NCBI GenBank assembly: GCA_951406725.2
Contig: OX597815.1
Location: forward strand, 191,208,001-191,272,000
Reading direction: 5' to 3'
Source: Octopus vulgaris
Lineage: Eukaryota
Length of the DNA: 64,000 nt
Shown: positions 1 through 12,405 of the stretch, one piece after another
Layout of the letters: each line of letters opens with the position of its first letter
Position numbering within the stretch: the first letter of the stretch is position 1
Program-made: the position numbers and the translations under genes
Notes under the pieces: model-generated
Databases searched by the model: none
What the model saw: the letters and a program-made list of their open reading frames with translations, nothing else
Told to the model about the DNA's origin: nothing

Positions 1-434
1 ATAACATCAAAATAAATAACAAAAACAGTATATTTAATCAGGGATTGCTGAATATTTCTGTGAAATTTATGCAAATAATACTACAAAAATACTTTGGGGT
101 TATACTTTATTTATTTGTAGACATCTCAGTTTACATTCTGCAAGCAATAATGATGATGAAATATTTGTTTATTTCCTTGTTTTTTCTTTTAAAAATATAC
201 AGTATCTGGCAAATTGTTATTCTTCTTGGTAACGCAGTCTTTGTGAAGCTTCTTTCATCCTCAAGGTGTTTTAACATTTCTATCAATGTTTTTTTTTTTT
301 CATGGTTGCAACCAGCTAGAGTTCTTTCTTCCATGGTGATTCTCTTGTTTTTCTTTATAAGTATGTATGTGTATGTATGTATGTGTATGCAGATGTATGT
401 ATATATATATATATCATCATCATCATCATCATCG

Positions 435-438
<4 letters not shown>

Positions 439-530
<92 letters not shown>

Positions 531-533
531 GTG

Positions 534-581
<48 letters not shown>

Positions 582-660
582 ATTGTATGTATGTATATGT
601 GTGTGTGTGTGTGTATATATAATTGTATGTATGTATGTATATATGTGTGTGTGTGTATAT
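439..660. repeat. Compound (TA)n/(TG)n microsatellite
   Basis: Long pure TA run then mixed TG/TA; source of the IYIY/VCVC ORFs. Confidence 0.95.
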
Positions 661-794
661 TACACATAAATGTTGTCTTGATGTGGTTATTAGATTGCAG
701 CCATGAATTTTAGTGGCAGGAATCAACCCCAATAATTTTATTTGTTTGAGCCTGCTGCTTATTGTATTGGTTTCTTTGGCCAAACCACTAAGTT

Positions 795-990
795 AAAAAA
801 AATAAATGCACCCTTTTAAAGCCTAGCCAGGCTCATGGGCCCGGTTTCCCGGTTTCCATGGCGTATGTGTTCCCGAGCTGGATGGGATGCCAGTCCATTG
901 CAGCGTTACTCATTTTTGCCAGCTGAGTGGACTGAAGCAACATGAAATGAAGTGTTTTGCTCAAAAAACACAATGTGTCGCCCGGCTCCA
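795..990 (-). mobile_element. tRNA-derived SINE family C, 3' part
   Basis: Near-identical to 54413-54600 (aaataaatgc.cccttttaaagcctagccaggctcatgggcccggtttcc...). Confidence 0.8.
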
Positions 991-1329
991 AATCTATTCA
1001 CAAGGCTTTGATTGGCCCAAGGCTATAGTAGAAGACACTTACCCAAAGTTCATGTGGTGGGACTGAACCCAGAATCATGTGGTTGAGAAGCAAACTTCTT
1101 ACCACACAACCACAACTGTAACTTCTTTCCACACAGCCATGCCTATATATATATATGTATATATATTCAGTTCTCATATTGTGCCTTCCCACCTAGAACT
1201 GGGCTGCACCATAATTTGTGTTTTGTTTTGGGATTGCATTCATGGCAGCTTTCAGTTCCCTTGTTCATACACTTGCATACATATTGGATTGACTTGATTG
1301 TATGGCAGAACTTTTCATTAGTGTATAAA

Positions 1330-1946
1330 GAGCGCCATCGCTAAGCCCCTGCAACCCCTGCAGTCACAGGGGGCCTCCACAGTTGTGGGGCCCCATGGCC
1401 CCATGTTCAGATCAACGTACATAGATGAGTTATCTATTTACTTTGGTTAAGATGTTGAACAAGAATTAAACTATTGATGTTCACTGAAAATTTCAAGAAA
1501 TAAAATGGTAACACATTGTACCTGCAAAGGTTCTTGTAAAAAATATTACATTGTACCACAAACGAGTACCAGACTTTGTGGATTGTCTATGATATCTATT
1601 GAATGTGAACTTAGCTCTCAGCTTGGATTATTCTGAATGATTTCGCAAAACGAAAAGTGTGCCATGTTTGTCTTTGTCTTTGAAAGTTGCCTGGATTATA
1701 AAAATGCTCTTTTATTCATGTCTGGAAGTTTTACTTATTGAAATTTGAAATAAGCCTAAATAAATTTAACTTGTTGTACTTTTAAAAATCTTCTTTTAAA
1801 AATGATGTGAAGTATTGAACTTCAGATAGAATAAAATAAAATATAGCTATGAATAAAAGGTGTGAAGATTACGAATTTTGATTGAAGGGATGGAGCCTCG
1901 AAACAAAAAGTTGCAGGGGGCCTCTACAAGTCATGTGACAGCGCTG
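1330..1946 (+). mobile_element. Non-autonomous hAT transposon with transposase C-terminal remnant
   Basis: Imperfect TIRs (gagcgccatc / gacagcgctg); 8-bp flanks tgtataaa / tgtataca; 1571-1660 translates RLCGLSMISIECELSSQL..LNDFAKRK, resembling the hAT dimerisation-domain end. Confidence 0.7.
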
Positions 1947-2185
1947 TGTATACATCAAGCACATTTGACAACAGTAGGCAATTGGGAAACATACATCATT
2001 TGTTCATATCGGCATCCTTAACATTTCTTGTTTTTTTCTCCGCAGCACAACCTCCATTTTTGGGCCTCCCCCAATATGAGTTTTTTTTATCAGTTTCCTA
2101 GGATACATTTTGATAAATTGTTTTTCATTCAGAGATCTGTTGGATTTAGGAGCCCACATGAACCATTCTCACTTACATATGCTGT

Positions 2186-2206
2186 ACACACACACACACA
2201 CCTGCA

Positions 2207-2280
<74 letters not shown>

Positions 2281-2282
2281 AC
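2186..2282. repeat. (CA)n-(CT)n microsatellite
   Basis: Direct reading. Confidence 0.95.
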
Positions 2283-2787
2283 ATTCACACACCTTACCAT
2301 GGCTATTATCTTTTTTATGGCAACTCACTTCTTTTTCTTTCTCACATGAATGTTCTGCAAACCAGATTAGCTACCTGATATGTTGAATGTATCGTACAAT
2401 AAACCTGTGTTTTACCATTGAATCATTCCATTTTTCTTCTATTTTATTTTGAAACTCATAGAAATACAATGCTCTTATATGATATTATAGACAAGATTAT
2501 AGGTTACAGAATTAAATCACTCCTCAAAAAACAGCTTCTCAGCCCATACTTAAAAAAGAGTATATAAACAGCAACAAAAAATAGGATTGATTTATTTATA
2601 TATTTCCTCTGAATTAAAACTGCATGGTATCTAAAAGAAGTCCCTTGTAATTTCACTTCATTGGTAACAACAATACTTCATGTATCTATCTCAGGTTTTA
2701 TTTATTTTCTCCATTAATTCATGGCTCTTTGTACCCAGGGAATCACTAACCATCTTTTTTTTTCTCTTCAAACTATTTTCCTTTTTA

Positions 2788-3470
2788 CGGCTGTGTGGTG
2801 GGAAGCTTGCTTCCCAACAACATGTTTCTGGGTTCAATTCCACTGCACTGCACCTTAGGCAAGTATCTCCTGCTTTAGCCTTAGGCTGACCAAAGACTTG
2901 TGAGTGGATTTGGTAAACAGAAACTGAAAGAAGCTTGTTGTGCATGTTTGTCTTTGTGTGTCTGTCCCCCACCACCAATTGACAATTGGTGTTGGTGTGT
3001 TTACATCCCTGTGACTTAGCTGTTCATCAAAAGAAACCAATAGAATATATACCAGGCTTAAAATGGGGTGGCTGTGTAGTAAGTAGCTTGCTTATGAACT
3101 ACATGGTTCCATGTTCAGTCCCACTGTGTGTCACTTTGGCCAAGTGTCTTCTACTATAGCCTCAGGCCAACCAAAGCCTTGTGAGTGGATTTGGTTGACG
3201 GAAACTGAAAGAAGCATGTTGTATGTAAATATATGTATATATATGTATGTATGTGTGTGTATGTTTGTGTGTCTGTGTTTGTCCCCCCAACATCACTTGA
3301 CAAATGATGCTGGTGTGTTTACGTCCCTGTCACTTAGTGGTTTGGCAAAAGAGACCAATAGAAGAAGTACTAGGCTTTCAAAGAATAAGTCATGGGGTTG
3401 ATGTGCTCAACTAAAGGCGGTACTCCAGCATGGCCACAGTCAAATGACTGAAACAAGTGAAAGAGTAAAA
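2788..3470 (+). mobile_element. Two tandem copies of tRNA-derived SINE family A (partial 2788-3062, near full 3066-3470)
   Basis: Head gtggctgtgtagtaagtagcttgct..ggttccatgttcagtccc, core-like ttggcaagtgtcttc, internal TA/TG run, tail ccagcatggccacagtcaaatgactgaaacaag; many copies in window. Confidence 0.85.
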
Positions 3471-4392
3471 GAGTTTAGTTAAAATTTCTCAAAGTATGGC
3501 TGCAGTCTAATGACTGATACAAGTAAAAAATGACCAATAAAAATATCTTCTATCTCAGTATATGAACCTTCAACTGTGGGGATGAATGGTTCCATTTCTT
3601 CCCTGACCCAAATACTAAGCCACTCCCATGTAGTTATAGATTCTCTGGCACACACACACACACAAAAAAAAAAATGGGGGGAAACTGGTTTTTCATGCTT
3701 GTGTATTGACTTTTCCATGATTTTAGTTGTTGATGTTGTTGTTAATTGAAACAGAAAACTAAATAACACATTGCTAGATACGAGATATTAGGCCTCTAAC
3801 TTTTAAGCTGCAGAATTTGTTTTGTGAATCAATTTGCTATTTTTACCTTTAGAAACTTGTATTCATATCAATTAATGGTTAATAGATTTTTGATTATTAT
3901 ATATTTATGTTTCTGAGATAAGCCATTGCAAGACTAGTTTGAAATATACTGACTATTAAACCTTTTTTCTGTTTTCTACAATGCAACTTTGATCAATGAT
4001 TCCCTGATTATCTTCATATGGTTTTACCAATTAAGAGTACTCTGACTCTGTTTTATAAATAAAGATTCTGGATTCAAATGCTTTCCCCCATTATATATAT
4101 CTTTTCTCTCTTACTTATTTCAGTCATTGGATAGCGACCATACTTGGGTACCACCTTGCTAAAGATATATATATATTGGTTTCAAATCTTAACATAAAGC
4201 TAGCAATTTCTGGGGAGGGGCTAAGTTGATTACATCAACCTCAGTCTTCAACTGGTATTTTATCGCCCCTAAAAGGATGAAAAGCAAAGTTGACCTCAGT
4301 AGAATTTGAACACATGACTTAAAAACGGATGAAATTCCAGGAAACATTTTGCCTGGTGTGCTAATGATTCTACAAGTTCATCACCCTAAATA

Positions 4393-4423
<31 letters not shown>

Positions 4424-4426
4424 GTA

Positions 4427-5125
4427 GAAAGCACCATTCGAGTGTGGCCATTACCGGTGCCGCCTGACTGGCTCCTGTGCTGGTGGCATGTAAAATACAC
4501 CATTCGAGCATGACTGAGGCCAGTGCTGCCTGACTGGCTCCCATGCCAGTGACACATAAGAGTACCCACTACAGTCTCAAAGTGGTTGGCATTAAGAAGG
4601 ACAACCAGCTGTAGAAGCCTTGCCAAATCAGATTGGAGCCTGATGCAGCCTCCCGGCTTGCCAGTTCTCAGTCAAACTATCCAACCCATGCCAGCATGGA
4701 AAGCGAACATTAAAAATGATGATGATGATATAGTGCCACATAGAAAGCACCCATGCTGGTGCCATGTAAAAAGAACCTGTGCCAGTACCACACAAAAAAC
4801 ATTCTTGTTAGTACCATATAAAAAACACCCATGATGGTACCATGTAAAAAGCACTGCTGCTGGTGCTACACAAAAGTCACACATGATAGTATCACATAAA
4901 AATATCCACTGCATTCCATAAAGTGGTCAGCATCAGGAAGGGCATCCAACCATAGCAACCATGTGAAAACAGACAATTGCAGCATGTTCTTCTCAAGCCA
5001 TTCAATCCATGCCAGCATGGAAAATGGACCTTAAATGGGTGGTTTTTCATGTGGCACTAGCACAAGTTCTTTTTTACATGGCACCAGCATGAGCGCTTTT
5101 TTACGTGGTGCCAGCACAAGTGCTT
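4427..5125 (+). mobile_element. RTE LINE 3'-UTR fragments (family D) with (GAT)n tail and short subrepeats
   Basis: Motif tggttggcattaagaagg.ca.ccagctgtag...ccaacccatgccagcatggaaa + gatgatgat, shared with 32050-32680. Confidence 0.75.
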
Positions 5126-5229
5126 AAAACAGAGAATAGACCCATTCAAAGAAGCATGGAAACATAAATAGATGTACTTAATAGAGTAGAAATTTCTAAA
5201 TTATTATTGATACATCATAAATATTTTCT

Positions 5230-5810
5230 TTTTCATCTGTCTTTACATTCTGAGTTCAAATTCCACTGAGGTCAACTTTGCTTTTCATCTTTTCAAGGTC
5301 GATGAATTAAGTACCAGTTGCATACTGGGGTCGATCTAATCGACTGGCCTCCTCCCCAAAAATTTTGGGCCTTGTGCCTAGAATAGAAAAGAATATTTTT
5401 TATATTTAGGGTTGGCAAGCTGGCAGAATCGTTAGTATGCCAAACGAAATGCTTAATGGTATTTCGTCTGCCGTTACGTTCTGAGTTCAAATACCACCGA
5501 GGTCGACTTTGTCTTTCATCCTTTTGGGGTCGATTAAATAAATACCAGTTACGCACTGGGGTTGATATAATCAACTTAATCCGTTTGTCTGTCCCTGTTT
5601 GTCCTCTCTGTGTTTAGCCCCTTGTGGGTAGTAAAGAAATAGGTATTTCGTCTGCTGTTATGTTCTGAGTTCAAATTCCACCGAGGTCAACTTTGCCTTT
5701 CATCCTTTCGGGGTCGATGAATTATGTACCAGTTGCATACTAGGGTTAATCTAATCAACTGGCCCCCTCCCCAAAAATTTTGGGCCTTGCACCTAGAATA
5801 GAAAAGAAAA
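5230..5810 (+). mobile_element. Cluster of tRNA-derived SINE family B (Deu/Nin-domain-like), including a dimeric copy
   Basis: Repeated gttctgagttcaaattcc.ccgaggtcgactttgcctttcatcctttcggggtcgat.aattaagtaccag; Deu/Nin similarity is from memory. Confidence 0.85.
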
Positions 5811-6799
5811 GATATCTTTTCTTTTGGCCTACATGTTGTACTTCGGAAAGTATGAAACTAACAGAGTAAACTGTATACAACGGAGAGAAGCCAATGGGGA
5901 ACCACTTCTGTCTTTCCCAAGAAACAAATCATGTACTTTCAGACTCTGGCATGGAGATCCATGAGTGGCAATGCCTATGGACATAGCAGATGAAGGACTG
6001 AGAGCTCTGTAGCATGGGTGTGTTTAAACAGAGCTGACTAAAGAGCTGCTTAGCAACAGTTTCTGGTTCCAACAATTCCTGAAAATAAACACCACCTTTA
6101 CCATCAGTGGATTTATTGATATGGCAACAGAATATTTGCTTTATAATCTCCCTATTATCTTTAAGAGAAAATTAAAAATCAATGTATGATTGAATGTACA
6201 GTTTGGTTGTAAACTAGACTAAAGCAAAACATATGAGTACTGTTCCTATACTTTGATACTTATTAATTAGGCAGATAGGCAGATATGTTTCTCGTATATA
6301 ACAAATACTACATTCAACCATCAAGGAGGGTCTTCACACAACTTACTCAACCTGCTAGAAATAGCAGCCAAATTTCTCTCATTACACCCTACTAGCTTGC
6401 TATCATATAATGTTATCTCTAGGTCAGATCTGATTGAGCAGACTTTTGACCAAAGACATTCTATCCATGACCTCACCATCTATTTGTTTATAAGGAAATA
6501 CGTTGTCTAATGCACCCCAGCTTTTTTAAGTATGATTTCATTTTTGTAATTGATTGTTGTTTCATTATATTATTGTCATTTGTTGTTACAATATAACATA
6601 TTTCAAATTTCAAATTGTGCTGCGACTGATGCGTGTCATCCAAAAAGCATTGAAGTTACAATCCTGTCAAGGTGAAGTTTGCCTTTAGTCCTTCTGGATG
6701 TTCCCCGCTTTTTAAATTCCTGATTCTGTGCTAATGTTAGAAACAATTATTTTGAAGGGTAATGGATTGGTAGAATTCATTACCATTAATGAGGATGAA

Positions 6800-7810
6800 A
6801 TCCTCCTACCAGTTTGTCCTAAAAATGGCACACAACTCAAGATCATCCACTTCAAGTAGTCTGGATCCTTTATTCTTTTCTACTGTAGGCACAAGGCCCA
6901 AAATTTTTTGTGGAGTGGGGAGCAGTCGATTAGATTGACCCCAGTATGCAACTGGTACTTAATTTATTGACCTCAAAAGGATAAAAGCCAAAATCGACCT
7001 CGGCGGAATTTGAACTCAGAACGTGAAGACTGACAAAATACCTATTTCTTTACTACCCACACAGAGAGGACAAACAAGGACAGACAAATGGATTCAGTTG
7101 ATTATATCAACCCCAGTGCGTAACTGGTATTTAATTTATTGACCCCCAAAAGGATGAAAGGCAAAGTCAACCTCGGCGAAATTTGAACTCAGAACGTTAA
7201 GACAAACAAAATACCGCTAAGCATTTTGCCCAGCATGCTAACAATTCTGCCAGCTCGCCACCTTTTTAGATCCTATATTGCTGACAGTAAGAAAAGCTTC
7301 ATTACATACAAAGAACAAGCTTGGACTACCTGAAGCAAGCTTCAAAATATCTGGCAGTCAAGTATTTTGAAGCCAATAAACCTGGCCTTCTTCAGGACAT
7401 GCGCAAACAGCATCCTATGTGGAACCTAAACCGAGATTCTAAAGATGAAGCTTCAAGATTGCCCTTGATGATGCATAAACCAGGTTTCTTACGTGAGTTC
7501 AGGACATCCTATGGTGAGTGCACAAGACCAGAGAGGAAATTTAAGACCACATTCTATTCATTTCTGTTGTTGTCACTCAACACAAGTTAAGTTTTACTGG
7601 CTACTGCTTAGCATGCTTAACAACAAGCCATACCAGATGTTATATTTTGAAGACTTCTTCTCCTAAATTCTCCTGAACAGAGGATAAGTCCAATCAAATA
7701 CATAGATGTTATTGGCAGACACACACAACAAGAAATCAAGAGGATAGAGATTCCTGGTGCCACCATGTAAACCACATTGCTGGTTGTGACCGCTTGAAGA
7801 AGAAAGAAGA
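6800..7810 (+). pseudogene. Decayed RTE-superclade LINE ORF C-terminal region, interrupted by a SINE
   Basis: Joined across the SINE: KNGTQLKIIHFK*SGS|YIADSKKSFITYKEQAWTT*SKLQNIWQS..LAFFRTCANSILCGT*T..LDDA*TRFLT*VQDILW*VHKTREEI..KLSFTGYC, matching the RTE FKYLGS...AW...KIWKS...SILLYG.ETW...RLRFAGHC pattern; many stops. Confidence 0.75.
6870..7264 (-). mobile_element. Dimeric SINE family B inserted in the RTE fragment
   Basis: Reverse complement of family B; flanking gatcct at 6864-6869 and 7269-7274. Confidence 0.85.
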
Positions 7811-8032
7811 GAAGGAATTGGTAGAATCATGAAATCATCTGAAAAATACTACTTTGCAGTATTTGTACCGATTCTTCACATTCTGAGTTCAAATCTTACC
7901 AAGGTCAACTTTGCCTTTCAACTTTGAGGTTGATAAGCTAAAATACCAGTCAAGTACGGGGGGAATTTGTCAATGCTATCAACTAATGCCCACCCCCAAA
8001 ATCGTTAGCCAAGTGCCTAAATCAGAAACCAT

Positions 8033-8625
8033 TGTTATTATTATTATTATCATCATTATTATTATCATTGGGTGAGAAGCAGTGCATGCCATTAAAGTGA
8101 CACCGGGGTAAAATATACAAAACCCGATATACCCATAATGACAACTTGTCTGATAAGGGTATGCTAGGCACATGCATCACAACCATATGTGCACGACATG
8201 GTGATCTCATATCAAGATAAACAGCGCATGACCTTGCAGGTAGGGCCCAGTTAGCATTTTCTTCAGGTAGAGTAGTCCATCCCACTCAAAAGGTCCTTGA
8301 ATAAGGATTGTTTAAGGATATTGAACGAAACACCCATGTTTCCAAAGGTGAATTATTCAAACCCCTAAAAATTCCTTTCAACACATGGCTATTATGCTAC
8401 CCCCACTACTTCTGCTCGTGATCAGAGATGCATATATGGCCAGCCATTAAGGGACATGGTCAACTGGTTAAGGTCAAACGACTGACAATCAAATCTGTGA
8501 TATTGAGCAGAATATTTGCTGTAGTCCATCTTTTAGACCAAAACACATCAGTGTACATGATAATACTTCCAATCAGTTAAAATCAGAAGCCATGAGAGCC
8601 AGTGCCTTGTACTGCATCAGGGCGT
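8033..8625 (-). mobile_element. Unclassified ~560-bp retroposon-like element with (TAA)n tail
   Basis: More GC-rich block ending on the minus strand in an (AAT)n run at 8033-8068; resembles a dispersed octopus repeat from memory; single copy here. Confidence 0.45.
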
Positions 8626-8685
8626 TTCCCCCTCATCCTTCACCCTTGTGGCAAATAAATAAAATCATTATTATGTTTATATATA

Positions 8686-8913
8686 GGCGGCGAGCTGGCG
8701 GAAACGTTAGCACGCTGGGCGAAATGCGTAGCCGTATTTCGTCTGCCGCTACGTTCCAAGTTCAAATTCTGCCGAGGTCGACTTTGCCTTTCATCCTTTC
8801 GGGGTAGATAAATTAAGTTCCAGTTACGCACTGGGTCGATGTAATCGACTTAATCCCTTTGTCTGTCCTTGTTTGTCCCCTCTGTGTTTAGCCCCTTGTG
8901 GGTAGTAAAGAAA
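8686..8913 (+). mobile_element. SINE family B, monomer
   Basis: ggcggcgagctggcggaaacgttagcacg head through gggtagtaaagaaat tail. Confidence 0.88.
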
Positions 8914-8974
8914 TATATTATGTTTATATATTCATTTTGCAAGATTCTTGATGTGAATTCGCTTGTTGAAACTC

Positions 8975-9576
8975 ATATTGTTGTATTTGGAGATGGTCAT
9001 GTTGCCAGTTTAGCCAATAAAAAACGCACAAACTGTATATTTGGTGTTCACTTGCTCCAGCTTTATTTTATATTAATGATTAATCTCTCTATATATATAA
9101 AGCTGCAGTTGTCTGTGTATGGTAGGTTTGGTAGCCTTCGACTAACACTATCTCCTCTGAGACCCTGCGGCGCAAGTTGACCAAAATTGAGAGCATGATA
9201 GAAGAAGGCTTGCTCTTCCTTCTGTAGAAGAAAAAATTCAAATCGGTCCATGTTAACACCAAAAATTATCTACATAAAAAAGGTGCTTTTTTTCTACGAA
9301 AATCCTTATTTTTTATGATTTTTTTTACTGTTGTGTCGCCATTTTTCGGTGTATTTCAATCAGAAAAATGTTCACTTAAAGAGGGATAACAAGCTACATA
9401 ATGCAAAATTTTTACTTTTCAAAAATTCCAATTCTAAAGGGTCGAAACAAACCCGAGCAACGCCGGGCGATACTGCTAGCATAAAATAAAGGTGAAGCAA
9501 GTGAACACCAAATAGATAGCGCACGTGTTTTTATTGGCTAAACTGGCAACATGACTATCCATAAATACAACAATAT
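8975..9576. repeat. Foldback element with ~96-bp inverted arms (8975-9071 / 9481-9576), Helitron in the centre
   Basis: atattgttgtatttgg...cacttgctccagctttattttat is the imperfect reverse complement of ataaaataaaggtgaagcaagtg...ataaatacaacaatat. Confidence 0.8.
9084..9479 (+). mobile_element. Non-autonomous Helitron, family H1
   Basis: 5' TC (tctctctatatatataaagc), 3' hairpin cccgagcaacgccggg followed by CTAG; no TSD. Confidence 0.85.
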
Positions 9577-9600
9577 TATTGTTATCATTATTATTATTAT

Positions 9601-9633
<33 letters not shown>

Positions 9634-10584
9634 CAGTAGCAGTAGCAGCATATTACATTTGGCATTCTGAACAATCTTGCAGTTCTAGTGATAAATCCGT
9701 TTTTATCACTCATGAAAGCAACCAAATATAAAAGACACCTGGAAACAAATTCTATACTTTGTGTGTGTGCATGTGTGTGTGTGTGTGCATGTGCACATGC
9801 GTGCGTACGCATGTGTGCATGCATGCGCGTGTGTAGGTGTGTGTTTTACTTGACTAGCCATATTGATTTGCAAACTGATTCTAGTAATAGCAAAAACATG
9901 CACTGTGCGTTATTTTCTTGGTTTTATCTTCCAAAAATGTGATTCTTCGTGTAAAACTTAATCCTTCTTCTTTACTGCAATCTAAGACTTGTTTTTACTC
10001 ATGTCGGGAAAATCATTGTAAATTACTTATATTTCCTTCTTATCGTACACACTGATAGGAACTAGTTCAAACTACCCAAGTTTCTATTGTAAATCTTCCT
10101 TTCATTGCCCTCCCTCCCAAAACTTCACACAGGACCTCTATAGACTTGCTTTAGTAATACCAAAATTCCACCCACCTAAGTTTACCAGAATATTCTCTTT
10201 TACTTTTTGTTGGACAAATATTCTTATTTTCATTTTCTTCTTCTATTGAGCTCTTACTTTTATTTCTTTTCTTTCTAATATTACAGCAAGATGCCCTTCC
10301 TAGTTCAGATACCATGCTATGGGGGTGGAAGTATATATTTTCTACATTAATGCAGTGTGCTGAACGGTTTTGTTGTGTTACATAACGAAAATTAGCTCAA
10401 TCCACATTTTTCTTTCTTTAAATAAATTTATTTGAGAAAAAGAAATCTGATGTTTTGAGGCTGTTTTGTCATCTGAGAGAAAGAGTGGGGAGAAACTTCT
10501 TTTTAATTAATTTTCTGAACTGACATCTGAAAAATATAAATTTCTTTGCATACCTTCCTCCTCTCTGTCTGTCTCTGTCTGTAT

Positions 10585-10722
<138 letters not shown>

Positions 10723-11059
10723 CACAAAGATATAGTGTTGAAACAACAAATATCTTTTCTCCTCTTGGCATATAAATTCATCCAAGCTCATAAACCTCAT
10801 TATAGAAGTTTTCACTGAAGCAGCTACCACCAGTTTCATCGGACTCTGTTTCCCACCATTGTTTCTTTACATCCAACCATGATGTCAAATTATATTCCTT
10901 GTAGAAAAGTGTAACACTACACTGATTTGAAACCGCTAACCTCTTAACCAGACTCCCACAACTTTTATCACTCAGCTTCCACCTTTATACACTTGGAATA
11001 AATTATACGAGTAATCCAGATAAAATATTTTGGATAAATATACCATTTTTCTTTTCTTC

Positions 11060-11271
11060 TTTTATCTTCTACTTGTTTGAGTTGTTAAACTGTGGCCATG
11101 CTGGAGCACTGCCTTGGAGAATTTTAGTCAAATATATTGACCCCAGTACTTTTATTTTTTAAAGCCTGGTATTTATTCTATTGGTCTCTTGCCAAACTGC
11201 TAAGTTATGGGGGAGTAAACACACCATTAACAGTTGTTAAGTGGTGGTAAGGGACAAACACAGATCGAAAG

Positions 11272-11280
<9 letters not shown>
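11060..11280 (-). mobile_element. SINE family A, 3' half
   Basis: tgtggccatgctggagcactgcc..., reverse complement of the family A tail. Confidence 0.75.
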
Positions 11281-11346
<66 letters not shown>

Positions 11347-11630
11347 CAAAATAAGAAAATGGAGAAATACACCTTAATCAATAATCAACTACCAGATAGT
11401 ACTCAATCACATAATTTATTAAACCACTACATATGAACATCAAGGTCAAACATAATAGTATAGAACAAAACAATGCACATCAATGAGTAATATGATACAA
11501 TAAGTACAGTATGTATAAGTGAATATGTATTAACTTTGTTGGGTGCTTTACTGGCAGTATATTGGATATATGTTATCCCATGGTGGGTTGCACTCACAAC
11601 CCCTATCTCAATTTATATATATATATATAT

Positions 11631-12060
11631 CATCATCATCATCATTTAACGTCCACTTTCCATGCTAGCATGGGTTGGACGGTTCAACTGGGGTCTGAGG
11701 AGCCCGAAGGCTGCACCAGGCCAGTCAGATCTGGCAGTGTTTCTACAGCTGGATGCCCTTCCTAACGCCAACCACTCCGAGAGTGTAGTGGGTGATTTTA
11801 TGTGCCACCGACACAGGTGCCAGACGGGGCTGGCAGACGGCCATGCTCGGATGGTGTTTTTATGTGCCACCGACACAGGTGCCAGATGAGGCTGGCAAAC
11901 GGCCACGATCGGATGGTGTTTGTTACGTGCCCACAGCACGGAGGCCAGTCGATGCGGTACTGGCTACGGCCACGTTCGGATGGTTTTCTTGTGTGCCACC
12001 GGCACTGGTACCACAAAGATACAAATTCCATTGATGTTCATCTATTTTGATTTGTTTTGA
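11631..12060 (-). mobile_element. RTE 3'-UTR element (family D) with 62-bp subrepeats
   Basis: (CAT)n tail at left; near-identical to 25491-26000. Confidence 0.85.
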
Positions 12061-12297
12061 TATATATATATACACACACACAATGGACTTCTTTCTGTTT
12101 TTGTCTACCAGATCCACTCACAAGGCTTTGGTTGGCCCAAGGAACATAGTAGGAGGTACTTGCCCAAGGTGCCATGCAATGGGACTGATTATAGCATTTC
12201 TGATCTTTTTTTTTTTTCTTCCTTTGTTCTTTGTTGAAGCTGATGATGAAGGAATTTTCTATATTACATAAATAACATTGTCTTTATTCTCTTTCAG

Positions 12298-12405
12298 CTG
12301 CCAGTAACAATCTTAAACTCTTCCTCAGTTTTGCTGTCGGTGGTTTATTAGGGGATGTTTTCCTACACTTATTACCAGAGGCATGGTCTCATGCCAAGTC
12401 ATTTG
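12298..12405 (+). CDS. SLC39A13: Internal coding exon of LIV-1/ZIP family zinc transporter, ZIP13-like
   Basis: Polypyrimidine tract + ctttcAG acceptor (ends 12297) and G|GTAAG donor (12406). The 108-nt phase 1-1 exon reads (x)ASNNLKLFLSFAVGGLLGDVFLHLLPEAWSHAKSF, matching ZIP13 LLSFA(L/V)GGLLG(N/D)VFLHLLPEAW (ZIP7 has FLHLIPHA). Absent from the ORF track. No other exon of the gene recognised in the window. Confidence 0.9.

Noticed and set aside
45-783. Long ORFs (222, 178, 115 aa)
   Set aside because: Stop-free only because of TA/TG microsatellites; no domain
7321-7590. 89-aa ORF MDYLKQASK...
   Set aside because: Off-frame reading of a decayed RTE fragment; the homologous frame has stops
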